Shown piece by piece: positions 19,780-30,969 of a stretch of DNA of 64,000 bases; position 1 is the first letter of the stretch; each line of letters begins with the position of its first letter. A program made the translations under genes and the position numbers. Location: contig CAVONQ010000005.1 of NCBI GenBank assembly GCA_963697335.1, positions 1 through 64,000 of the forward strand. Reading direction: 5' to 3'. This stretch comes from an uncultured cyanobacterium. GTDB taxonomy: Bacteria > Cyanobacteriota > Cyanobacteriia > PCC-6307 > Cyanobiaceae. A model generated the notes under the pieces. That model was not told the DNA's origin. It ran no database searches and saw only the letters and a program-made list of their open reading frames with translations.

Positions 19780-20187
19780 ATGGCATCACGGCAGCAGCGG
19801 CACTGGCAGTGCATCCAGGGCTGTGGCGCCTGTTGCCGCCTCGACCCCTCGCTGCGGCCCGAGGCCATCGCCGCCCTCAGCCCCGAACAGCAGACCCGCT
19901 ACCTGGCCATGGTGGGCGCCGATGGCTGGTGCATCCACTACGACACGGGCGGGCGCCGTTGCCGCATCTACGAGGACCGGCCTGATTTCTGCCATGTGAG
20001 TGCCCTGGTGCCCCTCTTCGGTGATCTGATGGCGGTCCCGGACGCCAGCCCAGCTGCTGGCAGCACGGCCCAGCCCGAACCGGGCGCCCTGGCCATCGCC
20101 TGTTGCCAGGAGCAGATCCGCTCGGAATACGGAGGCCGTGACAAGGTGATGCGTCGATTTCAGCGGGCGATCCGCCGGCGGCCATGA
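19780..20187 (+). CDS. YkgJ-family cysteine cluster protein
   Basis: [25 protein letters not shown]. Confidence 0.85.
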
Positions 20188-20546
20188 GCAGCGACAGCCA
20201 GGGCAGCGCTCACCCCGCCGCCGAACGGAGCAGTTGGGGGGTGGCCTTCATCACCACCTTCACCACCGTGTTCCTGGCCGAACTGGGCGACAAGACCCAG
20301 CTGGCCGCCCTGCTGCTCTCGGCCCAGTCGGGCCGCCCGCTGCAGGTGTTCCTGGGCGCCTCCCTGGCCCTGATCTGCTCCAGCCTGGTGGGGGTGTTGC
20401 TGGGTCGCTGGTTGGCCCGGGTGATGCCTGCCCAGCAACTGGAGCGGCTGGCCGGCGGCCTGATGGTGGCCCTGGGGCTGTGGCTGGGCAGGCAGGCGGT
20501 GCTCCACCTGGTGGCCCCCGCTCCGAGCCTGCCCCCCCTCTCCTGA
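20184..20546 (+). CDS. UPF0016/GDT1 half-size transporter (first half)
   Basis: FLAELGDKTQ motif, three TMs. Confidence 0.88.
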   Translation: MSSDSQGSAHPAAERSSWGVAFITTFTTVFLAELGDKTQLAALLLSAQSGRPLQVFLGASLALICSSLVGVLLGRWLARVMPAQQLERLAGGLMVALGLWLGRQAVLHLVAPAPSLPPLS

Positions 20547-20552
20547 AGCGTC

Positions 20553-20924
20553 ATGGACCTTGCCCTGCTGGCCTCCACGTTTGTCACGGTGTTCCTCGCC
20601 GAGCTCGGCGACAAGACCCAGCTCGCGATCGTGACGATCAGCGGCACCTCGCCGCGCCCAGGGGCGGTGTTCGCCGGCAGCTCCTGCGCCCTGGTGCTGG
20701 CCAGCCTGCTGGGGGCCGGGGCCGGCGGTTCCCTCTCCACCGTGATCCCCACCGACACCCTGCAGTTGGCGGCGTCGGTGGGGTTCCTGGTGCTGGGCAT
20801 TCGCCTGCTGCTGATGGCCGGAGGGGCCGAGGAGGCCTCTCCGGCCACCTCCTTGGGCAGCGCGGATCCAGCCTTGGCGCCTGAGACCGAGGGGGCGCCA
20901 ACCGAGCAGGAGGCGGGTCCCTGA
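20553..20924 (+). CDS. UPF0016/GDT1 half-size transporter (second half)
   Basis: FLAELGDKTQ motif, three TMs. Confidence 0.88.
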   Translation: MDLALLASTFVTVFLAELGDKTQLAIVTISGTSPRPGAVFAGSSCALVLASLLGAGAGGSLSTVIPTDTLQLAASVGFLVLGIRLLLMAGGAEEASPATSLGSADPALAPETEGAPTEQEAGP

Positions 20925-21114
20925 GGGGCGCTTCAGGGGGGCGACCAACCACTAGCGCCGTGCCCCCGCCCACCCGGCTGCCTAAAGTCGGTGCTGACCG
21001 AACGGAAGTCGGTGGACGTGGGCATCGCTCCGAGCCCGGTTCACCACCTCCCCACGCCGCCGCCGGCCCCCTGGGCTGAACCCCGGCGGACCCCGCCACC
21101 CAGCTGCTGAATTG

Positions 21115-23538
21115 ATGAAGTTCTCGGTCGCCGACCTGCTCGACCAGCTCCCCGCCGGAGAGCCTCTGCCGATCGCCAAAGTGGAGAAGGCCCTCGGCCT
21201 GAGCAGCTCCACCGACAAATCCATGCTCCAGATCGGGGTGGACGCCCTGGTGAAGCTGGGGGTGCTGCAGCAGGCCGAGGGGGGCCTGCAGCGCGGCGAC
21301 ACGCCCGAGCTGATCCCCGCCCGGCTGCGCTGCTCCAGCAAGGGGTTCTGCTTTGCCCTGAGGGAAGACGGCGGCGAGGACATCTACATCCGCGACCACG
21401 AGCTCAACCACGCCTGGAACGGCGACCGGGTTCTGGTTCAGGTGACCCGCGAGGGCGGCAGGCGCCGCTCCCCTGAAGGGGGCGTGCGCTGCATCCTGGC
21501 CCGCCAGACCACCTCCATGCTCGCCCAGGTGGAGCAGCAGAACGAACGCCTGGTGGCGCTGCCCCTCGACGACCGCCTGCTCACCGCCGTCACCCTGCCG
21601 GCTTCGGATTCCAGCTACCTCGATCCCGAGCAGAATTCCGTGGTGGAGGTGGCGATTGATCGCTACCCCGTGGCCCAGTTCTCTCCCCAGGGCCACGTCG
21701 CCCGCCGCCTGCCGATCCGGGGCGGCGAGGCCGCCGACCTCGACCTGCTGCTCACGAAGCACCGGCTCAACAACCGCTCCACGGCGCCCCGCACGGCGCT
21801 GAAAAGTCTTGCCGCCAAGGAGCGCACCGATCTCAGCGCCCAGCCCTGCCTGCTGATCAGTGGCTGGCAGGGACGCAGCGCCCCTGAGCTGGCGGCCCTG
21901 GCCCTGGAGGAGCGGGAGGGGGGCTGGACCCTCTGGGTCCACACCCCGGCCGTGGCCGAGCGGCTCAGCGCCAATGGCAGCCTCGACCTGTGGCTGCGGG
22001 AGCAGGCCGAAGCCCTCTGCACCGGCCGCCAGTGGTTGCCCCTGCTCAGCCCCGCCCTGATCAAGGCCACGGCCTGGAAGGTGGGCGAGAGCCAGTCGGC
22101 GCTCTCGGTCGCCCTGGAGCTCAGCCCGGAGGGTGTGCTGGAGCACTACCGCTTCTGCCGCAGCCTGGTGAAACCCGTGGCCACGGTGGGCGCCGAGGCC
22201 CTGGAGGCCCTGGCGGAGCGCAAGCCCAAGGGCCGCACCACCCCGGCTGCCCTCAAGCTGCTCAAGGAACAGCTGGGCCAGCTGGAGGCCCTGGTGGGGC
22301 TCACCGCGCAGTTGCACCAGCGGCGCCTGGCCCAGGGTTCCATCGATCTCAAGCTGTCCATGCCCCTGATCGACAGCCTGGCCGATCTGGCCGTGCCACC
22401 CCCGGAAGGCGGCGGTCAGGGCTGGTTCGTGGAGCTGCCGCCCCACCACCCGACGGCCATCCTGCGGGAGGCCTTCCTGGTGGCCGAGATGGCCCTGGGC
22501 CATCACCTCAGCACCCTGAACCTGCCGGCCATCTATGCCCTGAACCCGCCTCCGGAGGCCAGTGATCTCAACGACGTGGCCCGGGCGGCCCTCGCCCTGG
22601 ACATTCCCCTTGAACTCGGCGAGGAGGGCCACGCCAGTGGGGCCGAACTCGCGGCGGCCTTCGCCGCCACCGATCGCTGCCGTCCCCTGCAACAGCAGCT
22701 TCGAGCCGTGCTCAAGCCGGTGAGTCTCTCGGAGCAGCCCGGCGTGCATGCCGTGGCTGGCCTTCCCGAGGAGGAGCGCGATGGCCGGCCGGCGGCCCTG
22801 GCGCCCTGGTGCTCCCCCACCCTCCACTACGCCGACATCTGGAACCAGCAGCTGCTGGCCCTGCTGCTCACCGAAGGCAAGGACCGTCCCAGCGTGCGCC
22901 ACAAGATCGGCGTGGACCTGGCCTCCGATGCCTGTCACGGCACGATCGACTGGGCGTTGCTGCCCAACAGCGCCGTTGCCCCGTTCCAGCAGGCCCTGGA
23001 CCAGGGGCTGGTGCAGCGGCTGAACGGGCGTCGCCGTTTCCTTGTGGAGTTCGAGGCGGATCTGCTGGCCATGGCCCAGGCGCGCCAGGCCGAACCCCTC
23101 GTGGGCCAGGTGCTGCCCGGGGTGATCAGCGGCGTCCAGAGCTACGGCTTCTTCGTCGAAGTGCCCCCCTCCCAGGTGGAGGGTCTGGTGCACGTGAGTT
23201 CGCTCAAGGACGACTGGTATGAATACCGCTCCCGCCAGAACCGGCTGGTGGGGCGCAAGAATCGCCGCACCTACATGCTCGGCGACGCCGTGGAGGTGGA
23301 GATCCAGAAGGTGGATGCACTGCGCCACCAGATCGATCTCGCCGTGCCGATGGCGGAGGACAGCGATCCCGGCGAGGCAGACAGCGACCAGGACAGCCAT
23401 CCGGCCATGGACCCCGACTGCCTTGACGCCGAGGCAACAGGGAACCCCGAGATCGGAGATCCTGAGATCGGAGATCCTGAGATCGGGGATCCCGAGATCG
23501 ACCCCTTCACCCCGGTCGCCGTGCTGAGCGAGGCCTGA
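21115..23538 (+). CDS. RNase R/II-family protein (Zam-like) with degenerate catalytic motif
   Basis: CSD ([20 protein letters not shown]), RNB-like core, S1 domain ([19 protein letters not shown]); catalytic Asp cluster not visible. Confidence 0.85.
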   Translation: MKFSVADLLDQLPAGEPLPIAKVEKALGLSSSTDKSMLQIGVDALVKLGVLQQAEGGLQRGDTPELIPARLRCSSKGFCFALREDGGEDIYIRDHELNHAWNGDRVLVQVTREGGRRRSPEGGVRCILARQTTSMLAQVEQQNERLVALPLDDRLLTAVTLPASDSSYLDPEQNSVVEVAIDRYPVAQFSPQGHVARRLPIRGGEAADLDLLLTKHRLNNRSTAPRTALKSLAAKERTDLSAQPCLLISGWQGRSAPELAALALEEREGGWTLWVHTPAVAERLSANGSLDLWLREQAEALCTGRQWLPLLSPALIKATAWKVGESQSALSVALELSPEGVLEHYRFCRSLVKPVATVGAEALEALAERKPKGRTTPAALKLLKEQLGQLEALVGLTAQLHQRRLAQGSIDLKLSMPLIDSLADLAVPPPEGGGQGWFVELPPHHPTAILREAFLVAEMALGHHLSTLNLPAIYALNPPPEASDLNDVARAALALDIPLELGEEGHASGAELAAAFAATDRCRPLQQQLRAVLKPVSLSEQPGVHAVAGLPEEERDGRPAALAPWCSPTLHYADIWNQQLLALLLTEGKDRPSVRHKIGVDLASDACHGTIDWALLPNSAVAPFQQALDQGLVQRLNGRRRFLVEFEADLLAMAQARQAEPLVGQVLPGVISGVQSYGFFVEVPPSQVEGLVHVSSLKDDWYEYRSRQNRLVGRKNRRTYMLGDAVEVEIQKVDALRHQIDLAVPMAEDSDPGEADSDQDSHPAMDPDCLDAEATGNPEIGDPEIGDPEIGDPEIDPFTPVAVLSEA
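23446..23502 (+). repeat. 15-bp tandem repeat encoding (PEIGD)3-PEID
   Basis: CCYGAGATCGGRGAT x3 plus partial copy. Confidence 0.9.
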
Positions 23539-23542
23539 ACCC

Positions 23543-24199
23543 ATGGATCCCGTCGTCCTGGCCGTCTCCGGGGCCTCCGCCCAGCCCCTGGCCCAGCGGG
23601 CGCTGCAACTGCTGCTGCAGGCCGGCGAACGGGTGGAGATGGTCACCAGCCGCGGCGCGATCGGGGTGTGGCAGGCGGAGCTCGGCCTGCGGGTGCCGAG
23701 CGAACCGGAGGCCCAGGAGCAGTTCTGGCGCCAGCAGACCGGCTGCCAGAGCGGCAGCCTGCGCTGCCATCGCTGGAACGACCAGGCCGCCGGCATTGCC
23801 AGCGGCAGCTACCGCACCAGGGGCATGGTGATCCTGCCGGCCTCCATGGGCACCGTGGGCAGGATCGCCTCTGGCGTTGCCCTCGATCTGGTGGAGCGGG
23901 CTGCCGATGTGCATCTCAAGGAGGGGCGGCCCCTGGTGATCTGCCCCCGCGAGACCCCCTGGAACCTGGTGCACCTGCGCAACCTCACCGCCCTCGCCGA
24001 GGCCGGCGCCAGGATCGCCCCGCCCGTGCCGGCCTGGTATCAGCAGCCCAGCACGATTGAGGACATGGTCGATTTCCTGGTGATCCGGGTGTTTGACGTG
24101 CTGGGTTACGACCTGGGTGACCTGCAGCGCTGGCAGGGTCCGGTGCGGGGGCTGACGCCGCTGGAGCCCCGGCCCGAAGGGATCACCTCCCAGGTCTGA
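23543..24199 (+). CDS. ubiX: Flavin prenyltransferase UbiX
   Basis: [36 protein letters not shown]. Confidence 0.93.
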   Translation: MDPVVLAVSGASAQPLAQRALQLLLQAGERVEMVTSRGAIGVWQAELGLRVPSEPEAQEQFWRQQTGCQSGSLRCHRWNDQAAGIASGSYRTRGMVILPASMGTVGRIASGVALDLVERAADVHLKEGRPLVICPRETPWNLVHLRNLTALAEAGARIAPPVPAWYQQPSTIEDMVDFLVIRVFDVLGYDLGDLQRWQGPVRGLTPLEPRPEGITSQV

Positions 24200-24202
24200 A
24201 CC

Positions 24203-24766
24203 TTGACCCCCCTGCTGCGCCAGCTGCTGCTGCTTCCCCTGCTCGCCCCGCTGCTGGCAGCCCTGCTGATCGGCGCCTTCAACCCCAGGCCGGCCGTGGC
24301 CCTGCGCCTGCTGATCTGGACCTCGCCAGCCCTGCCGATCGGCGTGTGGATCATGGTCGCGGCGACGGCGGGGGCTGGCCTCAGTGCCCTCGGCACCGGC
24401 CTGGCCCTGGCCGCCGGCCCCCGCCAGTCCCTGCAGCGGCAGGTGCGACAGCCCCTGGAACGGGAGCGGGGCAACCGCGGGCGCCCGTGGCCTGAGCCCG
24501 ACGCAGGCGTTGACACCGGCCGAGGGGAGCCCCGGAGCACCGCCGCCCCTGCACCACAGCCGCCTCGCGAAACCCCAGGGGCGGGGCCGACGCGGGCGGC
24601 CGGAGAGGCGGCGCCCACCGTGGCCGTGCCCTTCCGGGTGATTCGCCGGGCCACAGCCACCGCCACAGCAGCAGCGTCACACGCGGCGGCCGCGTCCTAC
24701 AGATCCAGCCAGCCAGCCGGAGCCTCCGGAGATGACTGGGGTACCCCGCTTCAGAACGAGTGGTGA
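24203..24766 (+). CDS. Hypothetical two-TM membrane protein
   Basis: Two N-terminal hydrophobic helices, VAVPFRVIRR, DDW..EW tail. Confidence 0.6.
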   Translation: MTPLLRQLLLLPLLAPLLAALLIGAFNPRPAVALRLLIWTSPALPIGVWIMVAATAGAGLSALGTGLALAAGPRQSLQRQVRQPLERERGNRGRPWPEPDAGVDTGRGEPRSTAAPAPQPPRETPGAGPTRAAGEAAPTVAVPFRVIRRATATATAAASHAAAASYRSSQPAGASGDDWGTPLQNEW

Positions 24767-24856
24767 TCGGCGAGGCGGCCTGAGCGCCTTGATGCCGCTG
24801 AAATCGCCCTACAGTTCCGCCATTCCACGTTGAGGCGTGCGTCGGTGCCTGAGTCC

Positions 24857-25315
24857 GTGAGTGACGCCAGCAACCCCAAGCCGAGCAGCGCTACGGCCGC
24901 CGAAGCAGCCCCGGCGAAGCCCAAACCCGCCCCCAAGGCGGCCGCCAAGCCCCCCGCTCCCGAAGATCAGCCCTTCGGCTCCTTCGTGCCGAACCTGCTG
25001 ATCCCTGCCCTGGAGAAGGAAATCCAGGCCTATGGCGGGCCGGCGGCCCAGCTCTCCTTCCAGCAGGGGCCGATGCCTGTGATCGGCATGGACTGCTCCA
25101 TGGTGGTGGGCACCCTTCCCGGCCAGCGCCGCTTCTGGCTCTGCTTCACCAGTGAGAGCCTCACCGCGGCAAAGACCGTGATCGTGGCCGAGTCCGGGGC
25201 CGAACCCTCCCAGGTGGAGTCGTTTCTGATCGACGAGAAGAAAGTCACCCTGCCCCTGCTGGTGTCACGCGTGGTGTCGCGGCTCAACGGGCAGAAGTGG
25301 CTGGGGCCCAACTGA
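24857..25315 (+). CDS. DUF2996-family protein (NdhV-like)
   Basis: [38 protein letters not shown]. Confidence 0.75.
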   Translation: MSDASNPKPSSATAAEAAPAKPKPAPKAAAKPPAPEDQPFGSFVPNLLIPALEKEIQAYGGPAAQLSFQQGPMPVIGMDCSMVVGTLPGQRRFWLCFTSESLTAAKTVIVAESGAEPSQVESFLIDEKKVTLPLLVSRVVSRLNGQKWLGPN

Positions 25316-25422
25316 CCGACCCAACCGACCCGCCCACTGGGCCTGCCCGATTGGCGTTACATCCCCGCCGTCTCCATGCCGAGGCGACCTACGATGCCGC
25401 CACGCCCTGTGCAGCCCATCGA

Positions 25423-26526
25423 ATGGTGCCTCCCACCGCCGTAGCCGACCCGAGCGCCACGCCAGGCGCTGCCATCGGCAGCCCGGATGCCCCGGCCATC
25501 AAGGATCCGGCCAAGGACACGATCCTCACGCCCCGCTTCTACACCACAGATTTTGAAGCCATGGCGGCCATGGATCTGCGGCCGAACGAGGTGGAACTCG
25601 AGGCCATCTGCGAGGAGTTCCGCAAGGACTACAACCGTCACCACTTCGTGCGCAATGCCGAGTTCGAGGGCGCGGCTGAGAAACTCGACCCTGAAACCCG
25701 CAAGGTGTTTGTTGAGTTCCTGGAGCAAAGCTGCACTTCGGAGTTTTCCGGCTTTCTGCTCTACAAGGAACTGAGCCGCCGCATCAAGCAGAAGAACCCC
25801 CTGCTGGCGGAATGCTTCGCCCACATGGCCCGCGATGAAGCTCGCCATGCCGGCTTCCTCAACAAGGCCATGAGTGATTTCGGCCTCCAGCTCGACCTTG
25901 GCTTCCTCACGGCCAACAAGGCCTACACCTTCTTCAAGCCGAAGTTCATCTTCTATGCCACCTACCTGAGCGAGAAGATCGGCTACTGGCGCTACATCGC
26001 CATTTACCGCCACTTGGAAGAGAATCCGCAAAGCAAGATCTTCCCGATCTTTAACTTCTTCGAAAACTGGTGTCAGGACGAAAATCGCCACGGCGATTTC
26101 TTCGATGCCCTGATGAAGGCCCAGCCCGACACGGTGCGCGGTCTGCAGGCCCGCCTCTGGTGCCGCTTCTTCCTGCTGGCCGTGTTCGCCACCATGTACG
26201 TGCGCGACGTGGCCCGCAAGGAGTTCTACGAAGCCCTGGGGCTCGATGCCCGCGCCTATGACAAGTACGTGATCGACAAGACCAACGAGACCTCCGCCCG
26301 GGTGTTCCCGGTGGTGCTTGACGTGCGCAATCCCCGCTTCTGGGTACGGCTGGAGCGGCTTGTCGACAACAATGCCGCCCTCACCAAGGCCGATCAGAGC
26401 AATGCACCGGCGCCCCTCAAGGCCCTGCGCAAACTCCCCTACTGGATCGCCAATGGGGCCGAGATGGCCAAGCTGTTCCTGATGAAGCCGATCCGCAGCG
26501 AAGCGTTCCAGCCTGCGGTGCGCTGA
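25423..26526 (+). CDS. acsF: Mg-protoporphyrin IX monomethyl ester oxidative cyclase
   Basis: [42 protein letters not shown]. Confidence 0.97.
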   Translation: MVPPTAVADPSATPGAAIGSPDAPAIKDPAKDTILTPRFYTTDFEAMAAMDLRPNEVELEAICEEFRKDYNRHHFVRNAEFEGAAEKLDPETRKVFVEFLEQSCTSEFSGFLLYKELSRRIKQKNPLLAECFAHMARDEARHAGFLNKAMSDFGLQLDLGFLTANKAYTFFKPKFIFYATYLSEKIGYWRYIAIYRHLEENPQSKIFPIFNFFENWCQDENRHGDFFDALMKAQPDTVRGLQARLWCRFFLLAVFATMYVRDVARKEFYEALGLDARAYDKYVIDKTNETSARVFPVVLDVRNPRFWVRLERLVDNNAALTKADQSNAPAPLKALRKLPYWIANGAEMAKLFLMKPIRSEAFQPAVR

Positions 26527-26536
26527 GCTCGGCCCA

Positions 26537-26570
26537 CCCCTGGTCCAGGCGCTGCGGCCCAGGGGTTTTT
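26537..26570 (+). terminator. Candidate intrinsic terminator after acsF
   Basis: CCCCTGG..CCAGGGG stem followed by TTTTT. Confidence 0.4.
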
Positions 26571-28050
26571 GCTACAACCGTCTGCGACGACCCTCCGAAC
26601 GTCCCCCGTGGTTCTCTCCGCCGCAGCGCCGACCCTTGAGCTGTTCGACCAGAGCTGGCAAGAGCGGCTGGAGTTGCTGCTGGCCACCGGTCGGGCCGCC
26701 GGCGCGGACCTGGTGGAAGTGTTCATGGAGCGCACCGACCACCTGGGCCTGCTGGCCGAGCAGGACACGATCACCAGCGTGAGCCCCTCCTTCGGCATGG
26801 GAGCCGGTCTGCGGGTGTTCCGCGGCCTGCGCGATGGGTTCGTGAGCACCAACGACCTCTCCGAACGGGGTCTGTTGCAGGCTCTGGAGCAGGCCCTTGG
26901 CATGTTGGGCCTTGAGCTGCCTGCGGGCAAGGGCAGCACGCGGGGGGGCGGTTTCGATGGCTTGCCGGCCCTGCGCGATTTCGCCCAGACCAAACAGGAC
27001 TGGCTGCAGCGCTGTCCAGCCCTGCAGGAGAGCAGCGACAAACTGCTGGAGGCCACCACCAGGCTGGAACAGCACGGACGCCACCTGCAGGCCCGCCGCA
27101 GCCAGTACGCCCGCGACTGGCAGGAGATCCTCGTGGCCGCCAGCGACGGCACCTTTGCCCGCGATATCCGGCTGCACCAGTCGGTGGGCCTGAATGTGCT
27201 CGCCGCCGACGGCGACCATCGCGCCGGCCTCGGCCGCCGCTACGGCACCTCCGGCCGGCCTGACGACCTGCGCCACTGGGACGCCGAGGCGAGCGCCGTG
27301 GACGTGTGCAGCAGCGCCGCCACCATGCTCTACGCCGACTACGTGCAGGCGGGCCAGATGCCCGCCGTGCTGGCCAACCGCTTCGGCGGAGTGATCTTCC
27401 ACGAGGCCTGCGGTCACCTGCTGGAAACCACCCAGGTGGAGCGGGGCACCACCCCCTTCGCCGAGAGCATCGGCCAGCCCATCGCCCACAGCGCCGTGAC
27501 GGCCATCGATGAGGGGCTCAGCGACGGCGCCTTCGGCTCGCTCTGCATTGACGACGAGGGCATGGAGGCCCAGCGCACGGTGCTGATCGAGAACGGCGTG
27601 CTGCAGCGCTTCATCAGCGACCGGGCCGGCGAGTTGCGCACCGGCCACCAGCGCACCGGCAGCGGCCGCCGCCAGAGCCACAGCTTCGCCGCCGCCAGCC
27701 GCATGCGCAACACCTACATCGCCCCGGGCCCCCACAGCCCCGAGGAGCTGATCAGTTCGGTCGACAAGGGTCTCTACTGCAAGTCGATGGGGGGCGGCAG
27801 CGTCGGCCCCACGGGCCAGTTCAACTTCGCCGTGGAGGAGGGCTACCTGATTGAAGGCGGTGCCCTCACCCGTCCCGTCAAGGGAGCCACCCTGATCGGC
27901 GAGGCCAAGGAGGTGATGCCCCGTATCTCGATGTGCGCCAACGACCTCGACCTGGCCGCCGGCTTCTGCGGCTCGGTGAGCGGCAGCATCTTCGTGACGG
28001 TGGGGCAGCCCCACATCAAGGTGGATTCGATCACCGTGGGGGGGCGCTGA
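26569..28050 (+). CDS. tldD: TldD metalloprotease
   Basis: [34 protein letters not shown]. Confidence 0.92.
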   Translation: MLQPSATTLRTSPVVLSAAAPTLELFDQSWQERLELLLATGRAAGADLVEVFMERTDHLGLLAEQDTITSVSPSFGMGAGLRVFRGLRDGFVSTNDLSERGLLQALEQALGMLGLELPAGKGSTRGGGFDGLPALRDFAQTKQDWLQRCPALQESSDKLLEATTRLEQHGRHLQARRSQYARDWQEILVAASDGTFARDIRLHQSVGLNVLAADGDHRAGLGRRYGTSGRPDDLRHWDAEASAVDVCSSAATMLYADYVQAGQMPAVLANRFGGVIFHEACGHLLETTQVERGTTPFAESIGQPIAHSAVTAIDEGLSDGAFGSLCIDDEGMEAQRTVLIENGVLQRFISDRAGELRTGHQRTGSGRRQSHSFAAASRMRNTYIAPGPHSPEELISSVDKGLYCKSMGGGSVGPTGQFNFAVEEGYLIEGGALTRPVKGATLIGEAKEVMPRISMCANDLDLAAGFCGSVSGSIFVTVGQPHIKVDSITVGGR

Positions 28051-28052
28051 CC

Positions 28053-29438
28053 ATGACCGTTCCCAACGCAACGCTCAACGCCGGCCTCAATGCCGGGGAT
28101 CTCCAGGAGCGCCTTGCCCAGCTGGCTCGGCGCCATGGCATCAGCCAGTGGGACCTGGGGGCTTCCTGCAGCACCGACACCTCCGTGCAGGTGGACCGGG
28201 GCGAGGCCAAGCAGATGAAGGGGTCCCAGCGCAGTGCCATCACCATCCGTGTCTGGAACGGCGATGGCCTGGTAGGGGTCACCAGCACCTCCGACCTCTC
28301 CGAGGGCGGCCTTGACAAGGCGCTGGCCGGTGCCCAGGCCGCCAGCGCCTTCGGCAACGCCGCCGACACCCCCGCCTTCTCCCCCCTGGCCAGCGCGCCG
28401 CTGGCCACCCTGCAGCAGCCCAGGCACGAGCCGCAGCCGATCCTGGAGCTGCTCAGCACCCTCAAGCAGGCCGAACACAGGCTGCTGGAGCAGCATCCCG
28501 CCATTGCCACCGTGCCCTACAACGGCCTGGCCCAGCGCAGCAGTGAGCGGATCTACCTGAACAGCGACGGCGCCTGCCGCCAGCAGCAGCTCACCACCGC
28601 CAGCCTCTACCTCTATGCCCGGGCCGAGGAAGCCGGCCGCAAACCCCGCAGTGCCGGCGCCATGCGGCTCGCCTATGGCGCCGGCGAGCTGGACATTGAC
28701 GGCTGTGTGCAGGAGGCGGCCGAGCGCACCATCAGCCATCTGGACTACGGGCCGATCGCCACGGGTCGGTACACCTGTGTGTTCAGTCCAGAGGCCTTTC
28801 TGGATCTGATCGGCGCCTTCAGCAGCCTCTTCAACGCCCGCGCCGTGCTCGATGGCATCAGCCTCAGCAACCGCGACTCCCTCGGCCAGACCCTGGCCGT
28901 GCCCTTTCTCTCGATCCACGACAACGGCCTCCACCCCGGCAACATCGGCGCCTCCGCCTTCGATGGCGAGGGCACCCCGACCCGGCGCCTCACACTTATC
29001 GAGGGCGGGGTGCTGCGGCACTTCCTGCACTCGGAAGCCACGGCCCGGGCCTTCGGCACCGCCCCCACCGGCCATGCCGGCATGGGCGCCAAGGTGTCGG
29101 TGGGAGCCGACTGGTTCGAGATCGGCGCCACCCCAGGCAGCGGCGGCGGTGCCCAGGGGCTGGATCGTCACAGGGCCGACACACCGCTGGTGTGGATCGA
29201 TTCGCTCTCAGCTCTCCATGCCGGCGTCAAGGCCAGCCAGGGCTCCTTCTCCCTGCCCTTCGACGGCTGGCTGCTGCAGGGCGGCGAACGGCGCTCGATC
29301 GAGGCGGCCACCGTGGCGGGCGACATCCGCGAGCTGCTGCAGGCGGTGGTGGGATTCGAGGGCGAAGCCAAGCTGACGCCCGACGGCCTCTGCCCCCTGG
29401 TGTGGGTGGAAGGTCTGTCGGTGACCGGCGAAGCCTGA
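28053..29438 (+). CDS. pmbA: PmbA/TldE
   Basis: Follows tldD; FDGEG, TGHA, SQGSFSLP, ATVAGD. Confidence 0.88.
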   Translation: MTVPNATLNAGLNAGDLQERLAQLARRHGISQWDLGASCSTDTSVQVDRGEAKQMKGSQRSAITIRVWNGDGLVGVTSTSDLSEGGLDKALAGAQAASAFGNAADTPAFSPLASAPLATLQQPRHEPQPILELLSTLKQAEHRLLEQHPAIATVPYNGLAQRSSERIYLNSDGACRQQQLTTASLYLYARAEEAGRKPRSAGAMRLAYGAGELDIDGCVQEAAERTISHLDYGPIATGRYTCVFSPEAFLDLIGAFSSLFNARAVLDGISLSNRDSLGQTLAVPFLSIHDNGLHPGNIGASAFDGEGTPTRRLTLIEGGVLRHFLHSEATARAFGTAPTGHAGMGAKVSVGADWFEIGATPGSGGGAQGLDRHRADTPLVWIDSLSALHAGVKASQGSFSLPFDGWLLQGGERRSIEAATVAGDIRELLQAVVGFEGEAKLTPDGLCPLVWVEGLSVTGEA

Positions 29439-29455
29439 AGCCCGGGGCCACCGCG

Positions 29456-30514
29456 ATGCGTCTGTTGTTCTGGGGCACGCCCTCCTACGCGGTGCCCAGC
29501 CTCGAGGCCCTGGTGGCCGCCGGTCACAGCGTGGTGGGGGTGGTGAGCCAGCCCGATCGCCGCCGCGGTCGGGGCCAGCGGCTGGTTCCCTCTCCCGTCA
29601 AGCAGCGCGCCCTGGAGCTGGGGCTGACGGTGATCACCCCAGAGCGCATCCGTCGCGACCTGGAGACCCAGGCCAGGCTGGCGGCCCTGGCTGCTGACCT
29701 CTCCGTGGTGGTGGCCTTCGGCCAGATCCTGCCGCCGGAGGTGCTCGCCCAGCCGCCCCTGGGCTGCTGGAACGGCCATGGCTCCCTCCTGCCCCGCTGG
29801 CGGGGCGCCGGGCCGATCCAGTGGAGCCTGCTGGAGGGCGATGCTGAAACGGGGGTGGGCATCATGGCCATGGAGGCCGGCCTCGACACGGGCCCCGTGC
29901 TGCTGGAGCGGCGCCTGCCCATCGGCCTGCTGGAGAACGCCAGTGAACTGGCCGAGAGGCTCTCCGGCCTCACCGCCGAGCTGCTGGTGGAGGCCCTGCC
30001 CCGCATTGCGGCCGCCGGCGATGGCCCTCAAGCCGAGCGCTGGCAAAGGCTGGCCCTCCGCCCCCAGAGTGCGGAAGGCATGACCTACGCCCGCCAGCTG
30101 ACCAAGGACGACTACCGCATCACCTGGAGCGACTCGGCCCTGGCCATCCACCGCCGCGTCATGGGCCTCTACCCCGGCGCCCACAGCCTCTGGCGGGGCC
30201 AAAGGCTGAAACTGCACGCCACCGAACCGCTGGTGGAGCGCCTGGCAGGGCAGCTGAGTGCCGAGGCAGCCGCCCTCTGTGGCCGTTGGCCCGGCGCTGC
30301 TGCGCCAGAGACGACCTCGCCGCAGCCCGGCACCGTTCTGGCCGTCGAGCCTGGCCTGGGACTGGTGGTGGCCAGTGGGGGCTGCCCCGTGCTGGTGCGC
30401 GAGGGCCAGCTCGAGGGCAAGCGGGCCTGCTCTGGCCAGGCCCTGATCCAGCAGCTCAACCCGAGACAGGGAGAGGTTCTGGGTGAGCATGCAGCGATGG
30501 CGGCACCGGCGTGA
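29456..30514 (+). CDS. fmt: Methionyl-tRNA formyltransferase
   Basis: FWGTP, SQPDRRRGRG, HGSLLPRWRGAGPIQ, LDTGP. Confidence 0.95.
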   Translation: MRLLFWGTPSYAVPSLEALVAAGHSVVGVVSQPDRRRGRGQRLVPSPVKQRALELGLTVITPERIRRDLETQARLAALAADLSVVVAFGQILPPEVLAQPPLGCWNGHGSLLPRWRGAGPIQWSLLEGDAETGVGIMAMEAGLDTGPVLLERRLPIGLLENASELAERLSGLTAELLVEALPRIAAAGDGPQAERWQRLALRPQSAEGMTYARQLTKDDYRITWSDSALAIHRRVMGLYPGAHSLWRGQRLKLHATEPLVERLAGQLSAEAAALCGRWPGAAAPETTSPQPGTVLAVEPGLGLVVASGGCPVLVREGQLEGKRACSGQALIQQLNPRQGEVLGEHAAMAAPA

Positions 30515-30634
30515 GCCCTGGCCAGGGGGGTGGCCAAGGCGATCCGGATAAGTTCTGTGTGGTTAGGGTTCTCACACAACAAGCCACAGTGCAGGGGCGT
30601 TAGAGCAGAGGGAGCACATCCTGAGGCAGATGCC

Positions 30635-30946
30635 ATGGGCATCGCTTTCACCCCCCAATCTCATGCCAATGGCGTCCCCACAGCCCATGAGGACGCCAAG
30701 GCAGCCGTGCTGTCACCCCTGAAGCAGGCCTTGGCGGCCAGCGGAGCTGGGATCACCCTGGGCGCCCTCACCTATGTGGCCGAGGCCAGCCCCGACTGCC
30801 AGATCTTTCGTGACCTGGCCAGGGGCTACTTGGTGCGCCACCGGGACCTGCCAGGCGGCCTGAAGCGTGTGGCCACCCTGGCCTGTGCCTACAGCCTCTG
30901 CCAGGAGATTGAGCATCCGACCACGGCCAGGAGCGCCCTGGACTGA
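30635..30946 (+). CDS. Hypothetical protein (103 aa)
   Basis: ATG 30635, coding-like codon usage, no recognised motif. Confidence 0.5.
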   Translation: MGIAFTPQSHANGVPTAHEDAKAAVLSPLKQALAASGAGITLGALTYVAEASPDCQIFRDLARGYLVRHRDLPGGLKRVATLACAYSLCQEIEHPTTARSALD

Positions 30947-30969
30947 GGCCTGCCGCTGCGTTGGCTGAG

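Noticed and set aside
20995..21050. glnA (glutamine) riboswitch, because of ACGGAAGT
   Set aside because: The flanking CGTTC..GAAGGAACG elements are absent
30556..30578. CRP/SYCRP1 site
   Set aside because: Spacing does not fit TGTGA-N6-TCACA
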